From positions 20,462,001-20,526,000 of the forward strand of contig CM052816.1 in assembly GCA_028534125.1 (NCBI GenBank): a DNA stretch of 64,000 nucleotides, in the 5' to 3' direction. Shown one piece after another: positions 1 to 12,800 of this stretch. Under the pieces are notes generated by a model that made no database searches, was not told the origin of the DNA, and saw only the letters and a list, made by a program, of their open reading frames with translations. Numbering within the stretch: position 1 is the first letter of the stretch; every line of letters starts with the position of its first letter. Source of the stretch: Lama glama (taxonomy: Eukaryota). The translations under genes and the position numbers were made by a program.

Positions 1-649
1 CACTTCAGATGTTAGCATTATCTCTAAGGGATATTCCGTACATCTGATTTGCAGCAGCTACATGCCCCTCTTCTTTGGGAAGCAGAGGGAGTTTGTGGAA
101 GTCCAGTGTCCGTTCTTTGCATTTAATGGAGCTATTTCTAATCTTGGTTGATCTACAGACCCTGATTTACATATGACCCTGAGTTACTAAACCCCCCTCC
201 CCCCGCCCAAGGCCGGCCTTGGTTATGTAATAGGACCACTAGACTGAGTCAGGGAGTTTGTGCTCAAGGCTGAGAACAGAAACCGGCTTTTCCAAACACC
301 TGACAGTCTGGGCAGGAAGCTGAAGCCAGCCCCTGGGCTCTGGGGCTCCATCTTGACCACCAACTTAAAATTAAATTTCAGGGGGAGGCTCAGCATGTTT
401 CCAAAACTCCCTGCTTCCTTTTATGCCCTGTCTTTCTTTTTCCCCAAGACAGAAAGTGCCACTCCTTTCCTGACCCAGCTCAGAGAATCTGGCCTCAAGC
501 CAGCCTTGGAGGTTCAGTCATGGGTGGCCTTGGCAAAGATTCATGGTCAATTCTGAGAGAGTATCATGCCTGCCAAGGCCAGGGGCACTGACGGTGGAGT
601 AGACTTTATCCTTCTGAGCACAAATCATGGTATCTATGGGGGAAAGTCA

Positions 650-790
650 CAGCAGACCGAGACCTGGAAGTCACCCAGGTTTCTTACAAGTCCTTATTTT
701 ACAGACCTGGAAACATACCAATAGCAGAGATATGACTGGCTTTGGGTTACAAGCTGTGCAGCAGTAGAGGGAGTGCTGGATCCCAGAATA
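650..790 (-). mobile_element. MIR fragment
   Basis: Degenerate reverse MIR core (cttattttacagacctggaaac...ggttacaagctg...ggatcccag). Confidence 0.5.
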
Positions 791-794
791 AAAC

Positions 795-910
795 CTGTGT
801 GAGGGCTGGGACCATGGTGGCCCATCCACTGCTGTCTCTCCAGCACCTAGTACAGTGGCTAGTAGATAGGAGGACCCAGTATTTTATCCGCTGGAGGAAA
901 GAATAAATAT
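795..910 (+). mobile_element. L2 3' end fragment
   Basis: gtgagggctgggaccatg...cactgctgtctctccagcacctagtacagtg...gaataaat resembles the L2 3' terminus. Confidence 0.65.
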
Positions 911-1919
911 AACACCTCTTCCTCCGTGTCAGCTTTTATTATTCTTCCCGTTCTCCTGATATTTAACTAACCGTAATCTCAGAAAAGGCCCTCTGCCCCT
1001 CCTCCAGGCCAGAAAAGATCACAGGGGCATTGACAAGACACTGTCCCCCTAAGCCAGAAAGTCACCTGGTGCTCACACAGCTAGAGCAGGAGACTTTCCC
1101 CCTGAAAGTTTCCTGCCCATCAGTTACTACCAGCTTGGACTGGCTAGAGTCTCCCTCCTAAATTTGATGCCGAATTGGAGCCACAATATAACCATTTGGG
1201 GGAGGGGGTGGCCCTATTTGTTACAAAGTTGTTTCCAGTTTATTTGGGCACCTAGACTGATCTTTAGGTCAATTAATAAAAACAAAATGATCACTGGGCT
1301 GTTGTCTCCAAGAGTTGTGGATATTCTTCTGAAGAGGGATCTAGAAAGGTTTGGGAGCCTCAGGTCTGGAGATAGGTCCTTGCTTCCTGTCTGGTTCTAA
1401 AGGAAAGGGGACACTCTCGTCACAGCTTGGCCAGGCTAGGCAAATGTCACCCTGCATGCCCAGGATTTTATAGGATTCTGCAGTGAGAGAGGGCAGATTC
1501 AGAAGAGAGAAATGAAAACTTCGTTTTTTCTCAGATTGTTGGCTCTCAGCGAGGGGGAGTGTCACTTGACTTCACCCCCAGGGACAGCTCTCTTGATGCG
1601 GGGTACTTGCTCGCCTGGGCTGCACAAGCTCTGACCCCTGATTAAGACCAGCAGCGCATCTTGAAAGCACAGCCTTGGGGAACCCCTCCCGGGAGAAGCC
1701 GGGAGGAGGGGTATTTTGTGTGGTGGGAGGGCTTGTCGCCTGCCGGGCTCCACACGAGCCTGGGGCGAGAGCTCACCCCCTCCCCGCGGCGGCTGCAGAG
1801 ATTGCCCTGAAGCGCAGGGAGTCCTCCCGCCCCGCGTGCGCGCCCAGCTGCTCCGCGCACCTGCCGCGGGCCCCGTGCGGGTCTGAGCGGCGGGCGGGCG
1901 GCGCGCACAGGTGGCGGCG

Positions 1920-2005
1920 ATTGGGTAGGCGGGGCCGGGTGGGTGACGTCACGGGCTCCGGTCCCGGCGGCAGAAATAGGGCAGCCGCGGCGGCGGTGCT
2001 ATAGC
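1920..2005 (+). promoter_or_regulatory. FSTL4: Core/proximal promoter: inverted CCAAT (1920-1924), GC box (1928-1935), full CRE (1944-1951), weak TATA-like TATAG (2000-2004)
   Basis: Motifs read directly: ATTGG, GGCGGGGC, GTGACGTCAC, CTATAGC, arranged just upstream of the inferred exon 1. Confidence 0.65.
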
Positions 2006-2029
2006 AGCGGGGCAGCGGCGGCTCAGAGA

Positions 2030-2188
2030 GCTGGAGCCGCGACAGCCTTCAGCTCGCCCAGGACCCGCCAACAGCCGGAGAGACCGACCGAAGGACGCGG
2101 GGCCGGGTCGCCGCCGCCACCACGGGGCGCTCCCTCCAGCGTTCCAAGTCCGGCCACCTGGTCTTCACCTCGGCTCCGGCCGCCTCAG
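2030..2188 (+). other. FSTL4: Probable non-coding exon 1 (5' UTR) of FSTL4; start position approximate
   Basis: Splice donor CAG|GTACGC at 2188/2189 inside the CpG island, downstream of the promoter motifs. Exon 2 has an acceptor only 10 nt before the ATG, so an upstream exon is required. Confidence 0.65.
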
Positions 2189-5100
2189 GTACGCGAGCGC
2201 AGCTTCGGTGCGCGCCCGGGGCGGACGCCAAGCTGCCGCCGCCAACCAGTCCCGCTGCGTCCTGCTGGGGTCCGGGCGCCCGCGGCCCCGCGTCTCGCTG
2301 CAGGGCCCAGCCGGGCGCTCGCTCGTCCTCACCGCCGCACCGGGCGAGCCAAGTTTGCCCGCCTGCCGGGAGGCGGGCACGGGACCCCGGAACCCGGGCT
2401 GGGCAGGGCTACCGACGCCAGGGCCAGGACTCAGGGTAAAGGCTGGGGCGCCCAGGCATGTGGCCCGGTTCTGCAGTGGGGACCGGAGTGACTAGGGTGG
2501 CGGGCGGTGCGCCGCGCAGAACCACTCGGGCCGAGCCTGCAGCAGGCGCCGGGTTCCAACAACCTGCAGTTACCTCGGGCTCCGGACGCCGAGCGGCCTC
2601 GTTAAGCCGGACGCGCGGCAGCACCTGGGCTCGGACCCGTGCCCTTGGCCCGGGATGGGGCACGGGGCGGGCGTCCTCATTACCTTCTCCCTTCAGGTTT
2701 GCAGGGAAACTTGCGTCTGCTCCCTGTAGCCGGAAGGACCCGCGAGCCCAGCTGGCCCTCACTACCCCGGGGGCCGCCGCGTTCAGGGCTTAGCATTTGG
2801 GCTCTGAGGCAGAGGCAGGGGAAGGACCTGGGATCCTACACGGCTCGGGCAGCCCGCCGCTCTCCTTCGGCCCGCTGTTCCAAGCGAGCGGCCAGTATTA
2901 CATACTGGGGAGTCACTAGTGAGCAGTTTGTTTTGGCTGGGGATGTTCAGGCAAGAGACTTGGTCTTAAGAGCTTGTAATGTGGGTGAAATCCGTTCTTC
3001 TTTGCGCCAGCAAAAAACAAACAACAACAAAACCTATTCCAAGTTTTGGGGAGACCTAGACGACCCAGGCAGAGCGCTCCGCTTTGGGAGCGTGTATCGC
3101 CTCGAGTTTGGGGGCAAGCTCTGCGCGAGCCTTCGGGGCTCCTTTCAGCTGACAAAGCGGTGCCCAGAGCGCGTTCGTCAGAGGCCTGCCACCTGAGGAC
3201 TAAGGCACCCTCCCCTCTTGGAGGAGCAGAAACCTGCTGGAAGCAGTACGGTTTCTCACAATGTCCAGAACGTGGAGAGCATCCCGTGCAGCCGTTGGTC
3301 TATAGAAGTTTCTGGGGACCAGCAGAGTTCGGCCCTGCTAGGTCTGCACCTCGCCCAGAGAGTTGGTTCTGATAACTGTCGCGGACATTGATGAATAGCG
3401 CTTCCGCAGCCTCACCGCCGCTCCCCCTCTAGGTGTCGCTTCCGCCGAGGTTTCCGGCGAGTGAAATACAACGCCAGTAGCTTTGGTCTGTTCCCTTCGT
3501 ATTTGTTGCAAGCCTCTGCACCAGAAATTGTATTAGATGGATCCCTGAGACACAAACATCCGACCACATTCACTGGGCCACGGAAACAATTTCAGTAGAC
3601 GTGGTACGGTAACAATCAAAATGTGTATCGGGAATAGGCCTAGTTCACAATTCGTGAGAGGAGAAAGGGGATCCGGAAGAAATTTGGACTTTTTTCTCAA
3701 ATGTCCCAAGTTATCGTCCTACCATCAGGGTTAGGGGAAAACCAGAGATGACTTTTAACAGTGTCCTCTTAATCCTGGAATGGCCCAGACAAGCTGGGTC
3801 TGGGCAGAGTGGTCAGGTGGAGGGCTTGCTTGGGAAGCAAGTGGTCTGGGGTCTTGGACCCCAGAGACCCAGCTACCCTCAGGCAGTAACTCTAACGGAA
3901 GACCTGAGCTGGGGCCCCACAGGGCCTGTGCATGCTTCCCAATTTAGTTATACAAAACTAGGTCATTTCTGTTCAGACTGAGCCAAAGGTCATACAAGAA
4001 AATAGTCTCTGATTTAATGTATTAAAGTAGCTTAATAAAAGTTGTTTCAATGGCTTTTTCTTTCTTCAGATTTTTTGATCACTCTCAATTGTTAATTCCA
4101 GGAAGGCTTTTTGTTCCAGAGAAGGGCTAGTTTGTTCTTTTGGGCATTTTATCCTGTTCGCTGTGTCCTGAAGGTGGTTGAGGGTTGGGTACGTTGGAGT
4201 TTTCTACCTTGACCTGACAGTCACTCAGGATTCTTCTCCTTCTAAGGGCTGCAGAATTTTTTCAAAAGTGATCTTCATCATGCGATTTTATTTTTTGACA
4301 ACATTGTATTTCAAAAATTGGCATTGAATATTCAAGATTTCCTAAAATCTACCTTATTTGCTACTTTGCCTTTTTTTTTTTAGTATTTCTTAGCAACACA
4401 AGAAGGTTGAGTTTGCAATGTGCTTACTAAACTTAATCAAATTAGGCAGTTATTTCAAGAGCATATCTTTCCTTCCATTTTCTCTCTTAATGGTATAACA
4501 CAAGGTGTAGAACTTCAAGTAAAATAGAATTGTATTGGGAATAACATAGTACTTAGGGGGAATCATCTGAATGTTGGAAAGGTAAAGGTTCCTGTGCCTT
4601 AACTTCACAGAAAATAGGAATGTCATAGATTTACACATTGCACATAGACTAATATCGGTATCAAATTTATCAAATGTTGGAAAAATTAAGCAAAGATACA
4701 GAGTAGGTAATTAATGGGAAATGCAGTATAGTTTCGTTTTGGCTTGCTTCAGGATTGGTATCTTTCCATGCCTAATTTCCCTGTGCTGTATTTAGGGACT
4801 ACTTTTGGAAATTTGAACCCCTCTTTTTTTCCCCTAAAACACAAATCAAAACTGGGGTCCTAAGGCTTTCGAAAGAAATGAACTTATAGCCTCCTGGTTT
4901 TAGGTGGGGGTTGATATAGCTTCTTTTTTTTATCCTCTTTTCTTTTAACATTGGGCAGACATGCAGAAGAGAACTGTAGGATATTGGTGGTTCCCAGTTG
5001 GTTTCCATTTGTTGATTGCTAACATCCCATTTGTAAAATGCAGTGCACCCAAAGTAATTGGCTTAAGCATACACTTTTCAGTTTGAAAGATTGGATGTTG

Positions 5101-6684
5101 AGGTGCCTCAGAGATACAAACCTTACTGTTCTCTTCAAGGCTGGGTGGTGCTCCTTGGTTCTGCCAAATCACCTTCATAATTTCTGGTCCTATCAGTTAC
5201 AAAGAGAAGCCATTTCCATGTGGCTAATCCATTAATGTCTGGTTTGGTAATGCTACTGTATTCTAGGAGAGAGGGCCCCAAAGCTCCTAGAGTGAGAATT
5301 CCCACTCTTCCCAAACAGGGCTGGTTCCTGGAGGAGAAAAGAAAAGCTTGTATTTAATGTTGGTGATTTTCTCTGGCCTGTGACCCTGTTCAATAGTGAT
5401 GACTTACGTGCTGGTGTGTGGTCTCTAGTGGGGCAGATCTGGAATTTCCATGTTCAAATCTATTTCTCCCTGACCATTTGAACTCTTATGTAACATTTGT
5501 TTTTCAACTTTCTTCAAAAGGCAAGCCAGTGTTTAGCATGTTACGTTCTACAGATTTGTAGTACCTCAATAATTTTAAATACAAAAAAATTAAGCACAGG
5601 TACCAGCTTAGAAGACCAGAAAATCCAGTGGTTTTCATAGTAAGGAGGTAGATGATCGAATGGAGCCTGTCCAGCACTTGAGAGAAAAAATAGCAAAATC
5701 AGTCTGTCTAAACAGAATGCATATATAATGCATATGTAATAAAAATGCCATATGTAAGTTTGTGATACTATAATAACAGGACAGTTGCCTAGGGGTTGTG
5801 ATGCCTGGATTTTAGTCTAGGTCTGGCCACTGAGTTGGCTTCACACTTTGAGTGAATTCCTCAACCTGCTGGGTCTCTGGTGTCCTGTCTGTGCGGCGGC
5901 CAGGCTGGCACCTGACTCTCAAGAACATGGGGGAAAGTGTGGCTCAGGTGGGAGACCTCGGAGGAAGCAGTGAAGTACTTCTCTTGGAAAGGAGATGTCT
6001 TAAATATCAAGTGAGTGTGCTTTATGAGTTGTTTGAAAGGAAAGGTAGTCCCAGATGTTTTACGAGCACAATCTCAGGTAGATTTATAACCAATCTTGGG
6101 ACTCTAGCATGGATTGAATGAAGCGTATAAACCTAAATTGATTTCAAAAGAAGCTCTAGGTTGAAAACGAGGGTTTGTGACCTTATTGATGGTGCTTTCC
6201 CATTTCTGTAATGGGGAGATTCTTGCAGTATTTTCTTCTGAGGGCCAGTAGGGCTTTTTGAATTTTGGAGTAATTACTCTTTCAACAGGTCCCCTTCCCC
6301 CAAAGTGACCATCTACCAGGCTGGTGCTCCCTGTGAGCTGAGGGGCATCCTTGCTGCCTGGTGCCCTGGGCATCTATCTCCTCATATTTCTTTGTTTCAT
6401 CCACATTCCTTCTTGGCAAATAAAGACAGCAGAGGTGAGGGCTGAGGAGAATGTGCCAAGTGGCTCCATCCTGGGTGGGATGTAGGAGGGGGCAGCCTGG
6501 CTTCCCTCTTGCTCTGCTCCCCTCGCCTTGCTCGGAGCCATGGAAGCTGGAGGAACACAGCTCTTAGCATTTTTCAGAGGAGAGGAGAGATGTGGGGCTC
6601 AGAGCCTCTGATCTTACTCTACATAGATTTTCCCCAGTCATACTAAAAACAAGTATTTGTCTAAACAAAATATTGTTAAGTATC

Positions 6685-6925
6685 AAGAGGCAGCAGAGGA
6701 CGGGAATTAAGAGTATAAACATCAAGTCCACCTAACTGGCTTGCAGTCCCAGCTCTGCCATTTATTTGCCACATGGCCTGGGCAGGGTACTGAACCCTTT
6801 CTGTGACCCATCTCCTCTGTCATCTGACGAGGGGGTAATCATTGCCATGCTCATGGAGTAGGAATGAGAATTACGAGTTAGTTCCATAAAACATTTAGAA
6901 CATGTAGTAATTGCTACGTAAGTAT
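6685..6925 (+). mobile_element. MIR SINE
   Basis: gtcccagctctgccattta...ggcctgggcagggtactgaacc...catctg...gagaattacgagttag follows the MIR consensus order. Confidence 0.75.
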
Positions 6926-9419
6926 TAACCAAATAGTCTCTATTTGGTTATTAGACAGATCATCAAAATTGATTTAGACCCAATATTAATTCTTTTTTTA
7001 TGAACCGAACTGTCATAAAACTTGAGCTGTAAATTTTTAGGCTGTTGCTGCTGTAGACTCAATGAATTGTCAATCACCATGAGTATAAAATGACATCTAA
7101 GACGCTGCCGTGCAAATGAGTTTCGATCTAGTGGTAGCCAAGCTGAAATAAACTTTATAGGGCGGCTGCTTAGGAATATTTCAGTAGTGGACCTGGCTCA
7201 TGTGCTTCCCTGACTTTCAATAAAATCTCATGGGGCATTTCAACACAAATCAGATAAAACCAGAGACGGCTCCAGGTGCAGTGGGGCTGCAGCTCCAGCT
7301 TCCAGAAGCATAGCTCCAAACAGCTGTTTTAATGCCAGAGGTCTGGGTGCACCCTCCTAAATGACTTGGCGCTTGCCAAAACAATTGAAATGAATGGAAT
7401 TTATTCTGATGCTACCCATGAGTAATAAAACACCAAGAATAAGTGGTCTTGGATTACTAGGCAAATTGAAAATGAAATACTAGATATTGTGGCTTGAGTA
7501 TTTCATAACTCCTGGAATTATCTATACATTATCTCGAGTAAGTTTTGATTATCTTGCTGTTTTTAGTTTATTTGGGCTTCAAGTCATGAAAAAGGGTGAA
7601 AAGAAGACTTACAAGTGTGTTTACTCCTTGAGCACTGTTTGATAGTAAATAAGTAGGGAAGAATTAATAAAGTAGAATAGGAAGCAATGTCTTTCTAGTT
7701 CTAGTTTGAGTTACTGTTGCTGCTTTAAAAAAAAAAAAATCCCAAAACCCAGTAACTGCTTTCTGCAGTCTCAGGAACATGGCTCTGCATTCAGAAGAGA
7801 ATAATTTATGGAGAGTGGGGAGTTGCCCCTATTTATTTTTAGAAAAACTGGTTGCAGTTAGGGAAAGACATTTTTATTCTCTTTTAGCCCTGAATGTGAT
7901 TTTTCACTCCTCCTCATCCCTGTAAGAACACACGCCCTAGCTAGTGCCCCATATGGGGAGTGTGGTGCTGGGTGGCAGCTAATAATGCCTACAGCCCTCT
8001 CCCAGGTACTGCCGAAGCTGCCCTGTTCTGCTCAACTCCGCCTTCTGCAGAGTGTGGAGCAGGTGCTGATGGTGTTGCAGCTGTGACCTTCCCATTGTAG
8101 TCACTGGCCACCCAGACTGTTTTCCCAGTAGCTCCAGCTTTCCCAGCTGATGTCAAAGACCATGGCTGAGGAAACAGAGGTAGGAGTAGGAGCTTGTGGA
8201 CTCTTGTTTTGTTTTCTTAAAAAGACAGCTTCTCTTAAAATATAGTTATAACTTATAACCTTGCCTTTTCACATGCCTACAATTTTCAATCTGACTTCTC
8301 CTTCCTGTGGGCATGTCTGTCTCAAGTTGGGGACGTGAAGCAAATCTGGAGCGGCGTCCCTATTTGGGTGTGGAGGCAGCCAAAGGAAACCTGGGATGTG
8401 GCACGAGTGTATTTGGCAGCCGGGGCACCAACACTAGTGATCATGTGACACCTCTACCTCCTCCCCCTCTGCCTCCTCCTTCTCTACCTCTTGTGCAGAG
8501 CAGGGATCCTCCAAAGCTGTTGGCTTTGAGGGTGAGCAGGGATGGACCCCTCAAACAGGCTTAATGTCCCTCAAGCAGCTAATCATTTCTGACTCAGACA
8601 CCTACTCTGGACCAGCCCTAAACCAGGTCACAGAGGGGTGCTGGCCTCTAAGGAGCTCTGTGTTTTCATCTCCCTGGCCATGGTCTGGAAGCAGTGTGGG
8701 CCACATGCAATTAAGCACTAAATTGTGTGGCACTCACAGAAATCAATAACCCCTAAAGTTTCCTTAAGTAAGAGTTAGAACTCATCATGCAGTATTTACA
8801 TCTGGCTCTGTTTCTCGTAGATACTGAAATTAAGGTTGGAATATGTTCACAGTGGAAACCTTAAAAAAAAAGTACAGTTAATTGGACAAGTGCACTAGTC
8901 TGTGTCTTTGTTCCCTTAATACAGTGCCCAGCACATGATACATTTTTATTATAGCTGATTCTTAGTTTTTTCATCCTTGGAATTCTTTGATTACTTTGAA
9001 TTGCCCATTTCTTGTCTTCTAGGGTGTTAGACAATTTATCAAGTGATTCTCGGAAATCACCTTAAATATTATTGAAATTCTATTATCCACTGGGTGTTTG
9101 GATTCTACTACAAGAATGGCTGGTCTTGAAACGAAAATGAAAATATTGGACCTTAAAATGCTGTTACGAAGTTTGCTATCTTGCAAACTGAGGCATCAGC
9201 CACAAATGAGCTGCAGATTTCACGTGATTCCTCATCAGTGTTTATTGAGTGCTGGCTGGGTGCCCAGCTGCAGACGCTTTCTAAGGAAGCTGCAGCAGGG
9301 ATGTGCGGTAGCCTACCAGAGGTGCCTCAGCCTTCTCGCCCGCGGTTGTTCTTGTAGGTGTAGTGGTAGGTGCGTTTCAAGTGGGTTTCTACGTACCAGC
9401 TTTATATTTATTTACAGAG

Positions 9420-9829
<410 letters not shown>

Positions 9830-12800
9830 TGACATGACATTTAAAACTCATTGCTTTTCAGTGTAACAGTGTCTGATTTCCCTTCCACCTTTAGTTTATA
9901 TCAAACAGATTTCAGTGTGAATTAAAATGCTACCCTCTTTTTGGTAGGAGACAGAAGGAAGCCTGTGTGTTGATAAAGACAAGTTTATATCATGCTGTAA
10001 GTAATGGTCAAAAATCTCACCAACACCAAGAGCATATCCCCAGATCAAGTTGTAGCTGCCTGTTTTGTCTTGCACACAGACCCTCCAGAGAATGGCCTTT
10101 CGGTATATTTAATAGAACTCTGGAAGTGCAGGCTTATTGGTGGGGCACACCCATGTGAATTAATGAAAGCTTTTAATTATAAAATATATTTTAAAAGAAA
10201 TAGACTCCTTTTCAGCTATGTTGATAAAAAGAACCAGGCTGAGTAAGAACTGGCAAGTAGCAGTCCTAAGGGAGACAGCCTTAATGAACAGATAAGAATG
10301 ATTAATGACATGTTAGGATATATAAATGCTTCTAAAGTGCTTGAAAAACTTGTGCTCAAATACCTCCCGGGAGAGTCTCGATACCCCGCTAATTGTTTAG
10401 TGCACTCTGGTCTGAAGCAGGGAAGAGGAGTCGTAAACTACACGCAGCCCTGCTCAGGTAGGAGGCTTCATGAATTTGGGGCTCGGGAGGGATGTAGTTT
10501 TTCTGCAGAAAATGGTGTGTATATGCTGAACATGAAGAAATGACTGCGCCCTTTCATTAAAACTGCCTAGGATTTCCTTTATGTTGTGGTGAATACTGAT
10601 TCTTACCTGAGAGCTTTCCAGGGCATTTGAACTCCCATTGTCTTCCTTGATGCACACCCTTTACCTTTTGTCTGTGCGTGTTTCCCATCCTGTGGAATGA
10701 GGAAGAAAAATCATCTCAAAAAGTCAACATTACCAGAGAGTGAATAATGGTACACAGTGTATGGTAGGATTAATGCATTATTTGACTGAAAGACACGATT
10801 TCTCTTTTATTATTACTTAATTGTAATGCAATCCCAAACCCACTAGCCTTAATCTTCAGGGAGCTTCAGAAGTAATTTAATGTGCACACTTTTCTTGCTA
10901 AAGTTAATGTGGCTTCCTTTTGTGGTGAGCAAATGATTAAATAGAAACACTATCTCTCCCATCTAAATCCATGAAGGACACAACTTAATGCTCTTTTGAA
11001 AGAGTCTGGAGGCTGACTTGCTAGCGAGCATAGCATTTCCCATTGGGAACGGTTTAATCGTTGTACTCCTGTCTGTACAGAGGGCAAATGATCGCTTAAA
11101 CCTTATAAATGTATTGTTGACTATTTAATAGCAAAGCAAACAGGCAAACACACAGGTATGTGTATTTAGTCTTCTTACTGTTGAGGCTCATTGGCCAACT
11201 GTTGTAAATCACTTTCAATTAAAAGAGTCAAGCCAATTAAGGTGGGATTTAGCTGGGGGTAAATTGAAGGCAAGTTGATATCAACCTAGGGCCTCTTTAT
11301 TTTAGCTAGTAACCCCCTAATACTTCATGTACGAACAAGAAAGAGGAGATGCTGCTCATCCTGAGCAAGTGAGGCATTTGTTTGTTTGGAGGTGGTGTTT
11401 TGCTCCATCCGCTCCCCACAATAGGATAGAGCCCACGAGATGCTGTTTGGGAATCTCACTGCTTTGGGAAAAGAAAGTGATGCCTCTGTGGACTCACAGA
11501 TGCAGGAACAGCTGCCCTACTCACCCAGTCCCCTTGGCCGTAGACTGAGTTTTTGCAAAGTGTTGTAACTTCTATTCATTGAGTCTGCTTATGTCAGCTT
11601 TTAAATGAGGAGATGAAGAGGACGGTATGAATGGGCCCAGGACACAGGACAGCCTCTGAATGTGTAGAGAGCACGAGCAGGACATATATTGTAACTGGTT
11701 AGTTTGCCGGCCTTGGTCACACTTGATGCCCGGCCCCTCCATGCCTTTGCTCACTAGGGTCCTCCTGACCCAGTGCTGTTCCTTCCTTCCACAAGTCTCA
11801 ACCAGTCCCTGCTCCAGGGCCCAGCTCTGGCTCTTTCCTTTACTCTAGAATTGTCTTTAACCATTCTTGGTCACATTTGATCTCTTTCTTTGAACTCCTA
11901 GTCTTGGCCTGTCTTCTTTATCCTTCTCTTTCTTTCAATGTCTAATAATTTTAAAAGGAAAATTTGAGTCAATTGATATTTATTCAAAATTTAGTACAAG
12001 TCACCCTGATGCTTTCAAAATTCAGGCTAGATTATCATGTATTTAAGTGAGTTTTTCATACCTCCCTGCACAGCAGGCTCTTTTCCACTGGGGACATGAA
12101 TGGTCCCCCTGACAAACCTGCAAGCAGCCTGTGGGCCAAGCCAAGCTTGTAACTTGGCAAAATCCAAGGTAGTCTTGTGTGTTACTGGTTTTGGATAGTT
12201 TCTTCTTTGAATTGTAGCTATTAATACACCCAGAACTCACTGCCCAAACCATATGAAACTTTTGTAGCAGTTTCCTCAGTCTTATTTTCCAGAAGAATCA
12301 AAACCAACAGTTTCCTGAGTCTCCATAAATAAATTTAAAAAAACCTTTCCAGGAACTAAATGGTAAAATATTCCTGTGTATGTTTTCTTCCTGATAGTAC
12401 TTTCCGAAACATTCATTGACTTAAGGTTTCTGAAGTACTTGGGAAGCATTAATAAGACTTGATTTGCCTTTCAAGTTACTATGCCAATTACTTGAGTGTC
12501 CTAAGGGTAAATACGGCTTAAATGACCAATGTGCGTGTGTGTGTACATTTTTAAAGCAATTACAATAGAAGTGAGTTTTGTTGAATTATTGTGTTATGTA
12601 CAAAGACTACAGTTGAAATAGCTTGAAGGAGTTTACCATTTCACAAATGTAGATAAAAAGAAATGCAGCTGGGTGGAGTGCTTCTTTAATAAGAGCCGAG
12701 TGGCAGAGCATGGCCTAGAATACTAATGCAATTCTGAATTCAGAGGAAACAATTCTGAGAGATACAACTTATTGAAATTCTGCAGTAGAGTTCTACTTTC

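Larger units (their letters stand above)
1780..3470. promoter_or_regulatory. FSTL4: CpG island spanning the FSTL4 promoter, exon 1 and proximal intron 1
   Basis: Very GC- and CpG-rich stretch in otherwise CpG-depleted DNA, lying ~7.5 kb upstream of the first coding exon. Confidence 0.9.

Noticed and set aside
1642..3372. Many overlapping 70-185 aa ORFs on both strands
   Set aside because: Low-complexity Arg/Pro/Gly/Ala frames expected in a CpG island that is poor in stop codons; no recognisable protein.
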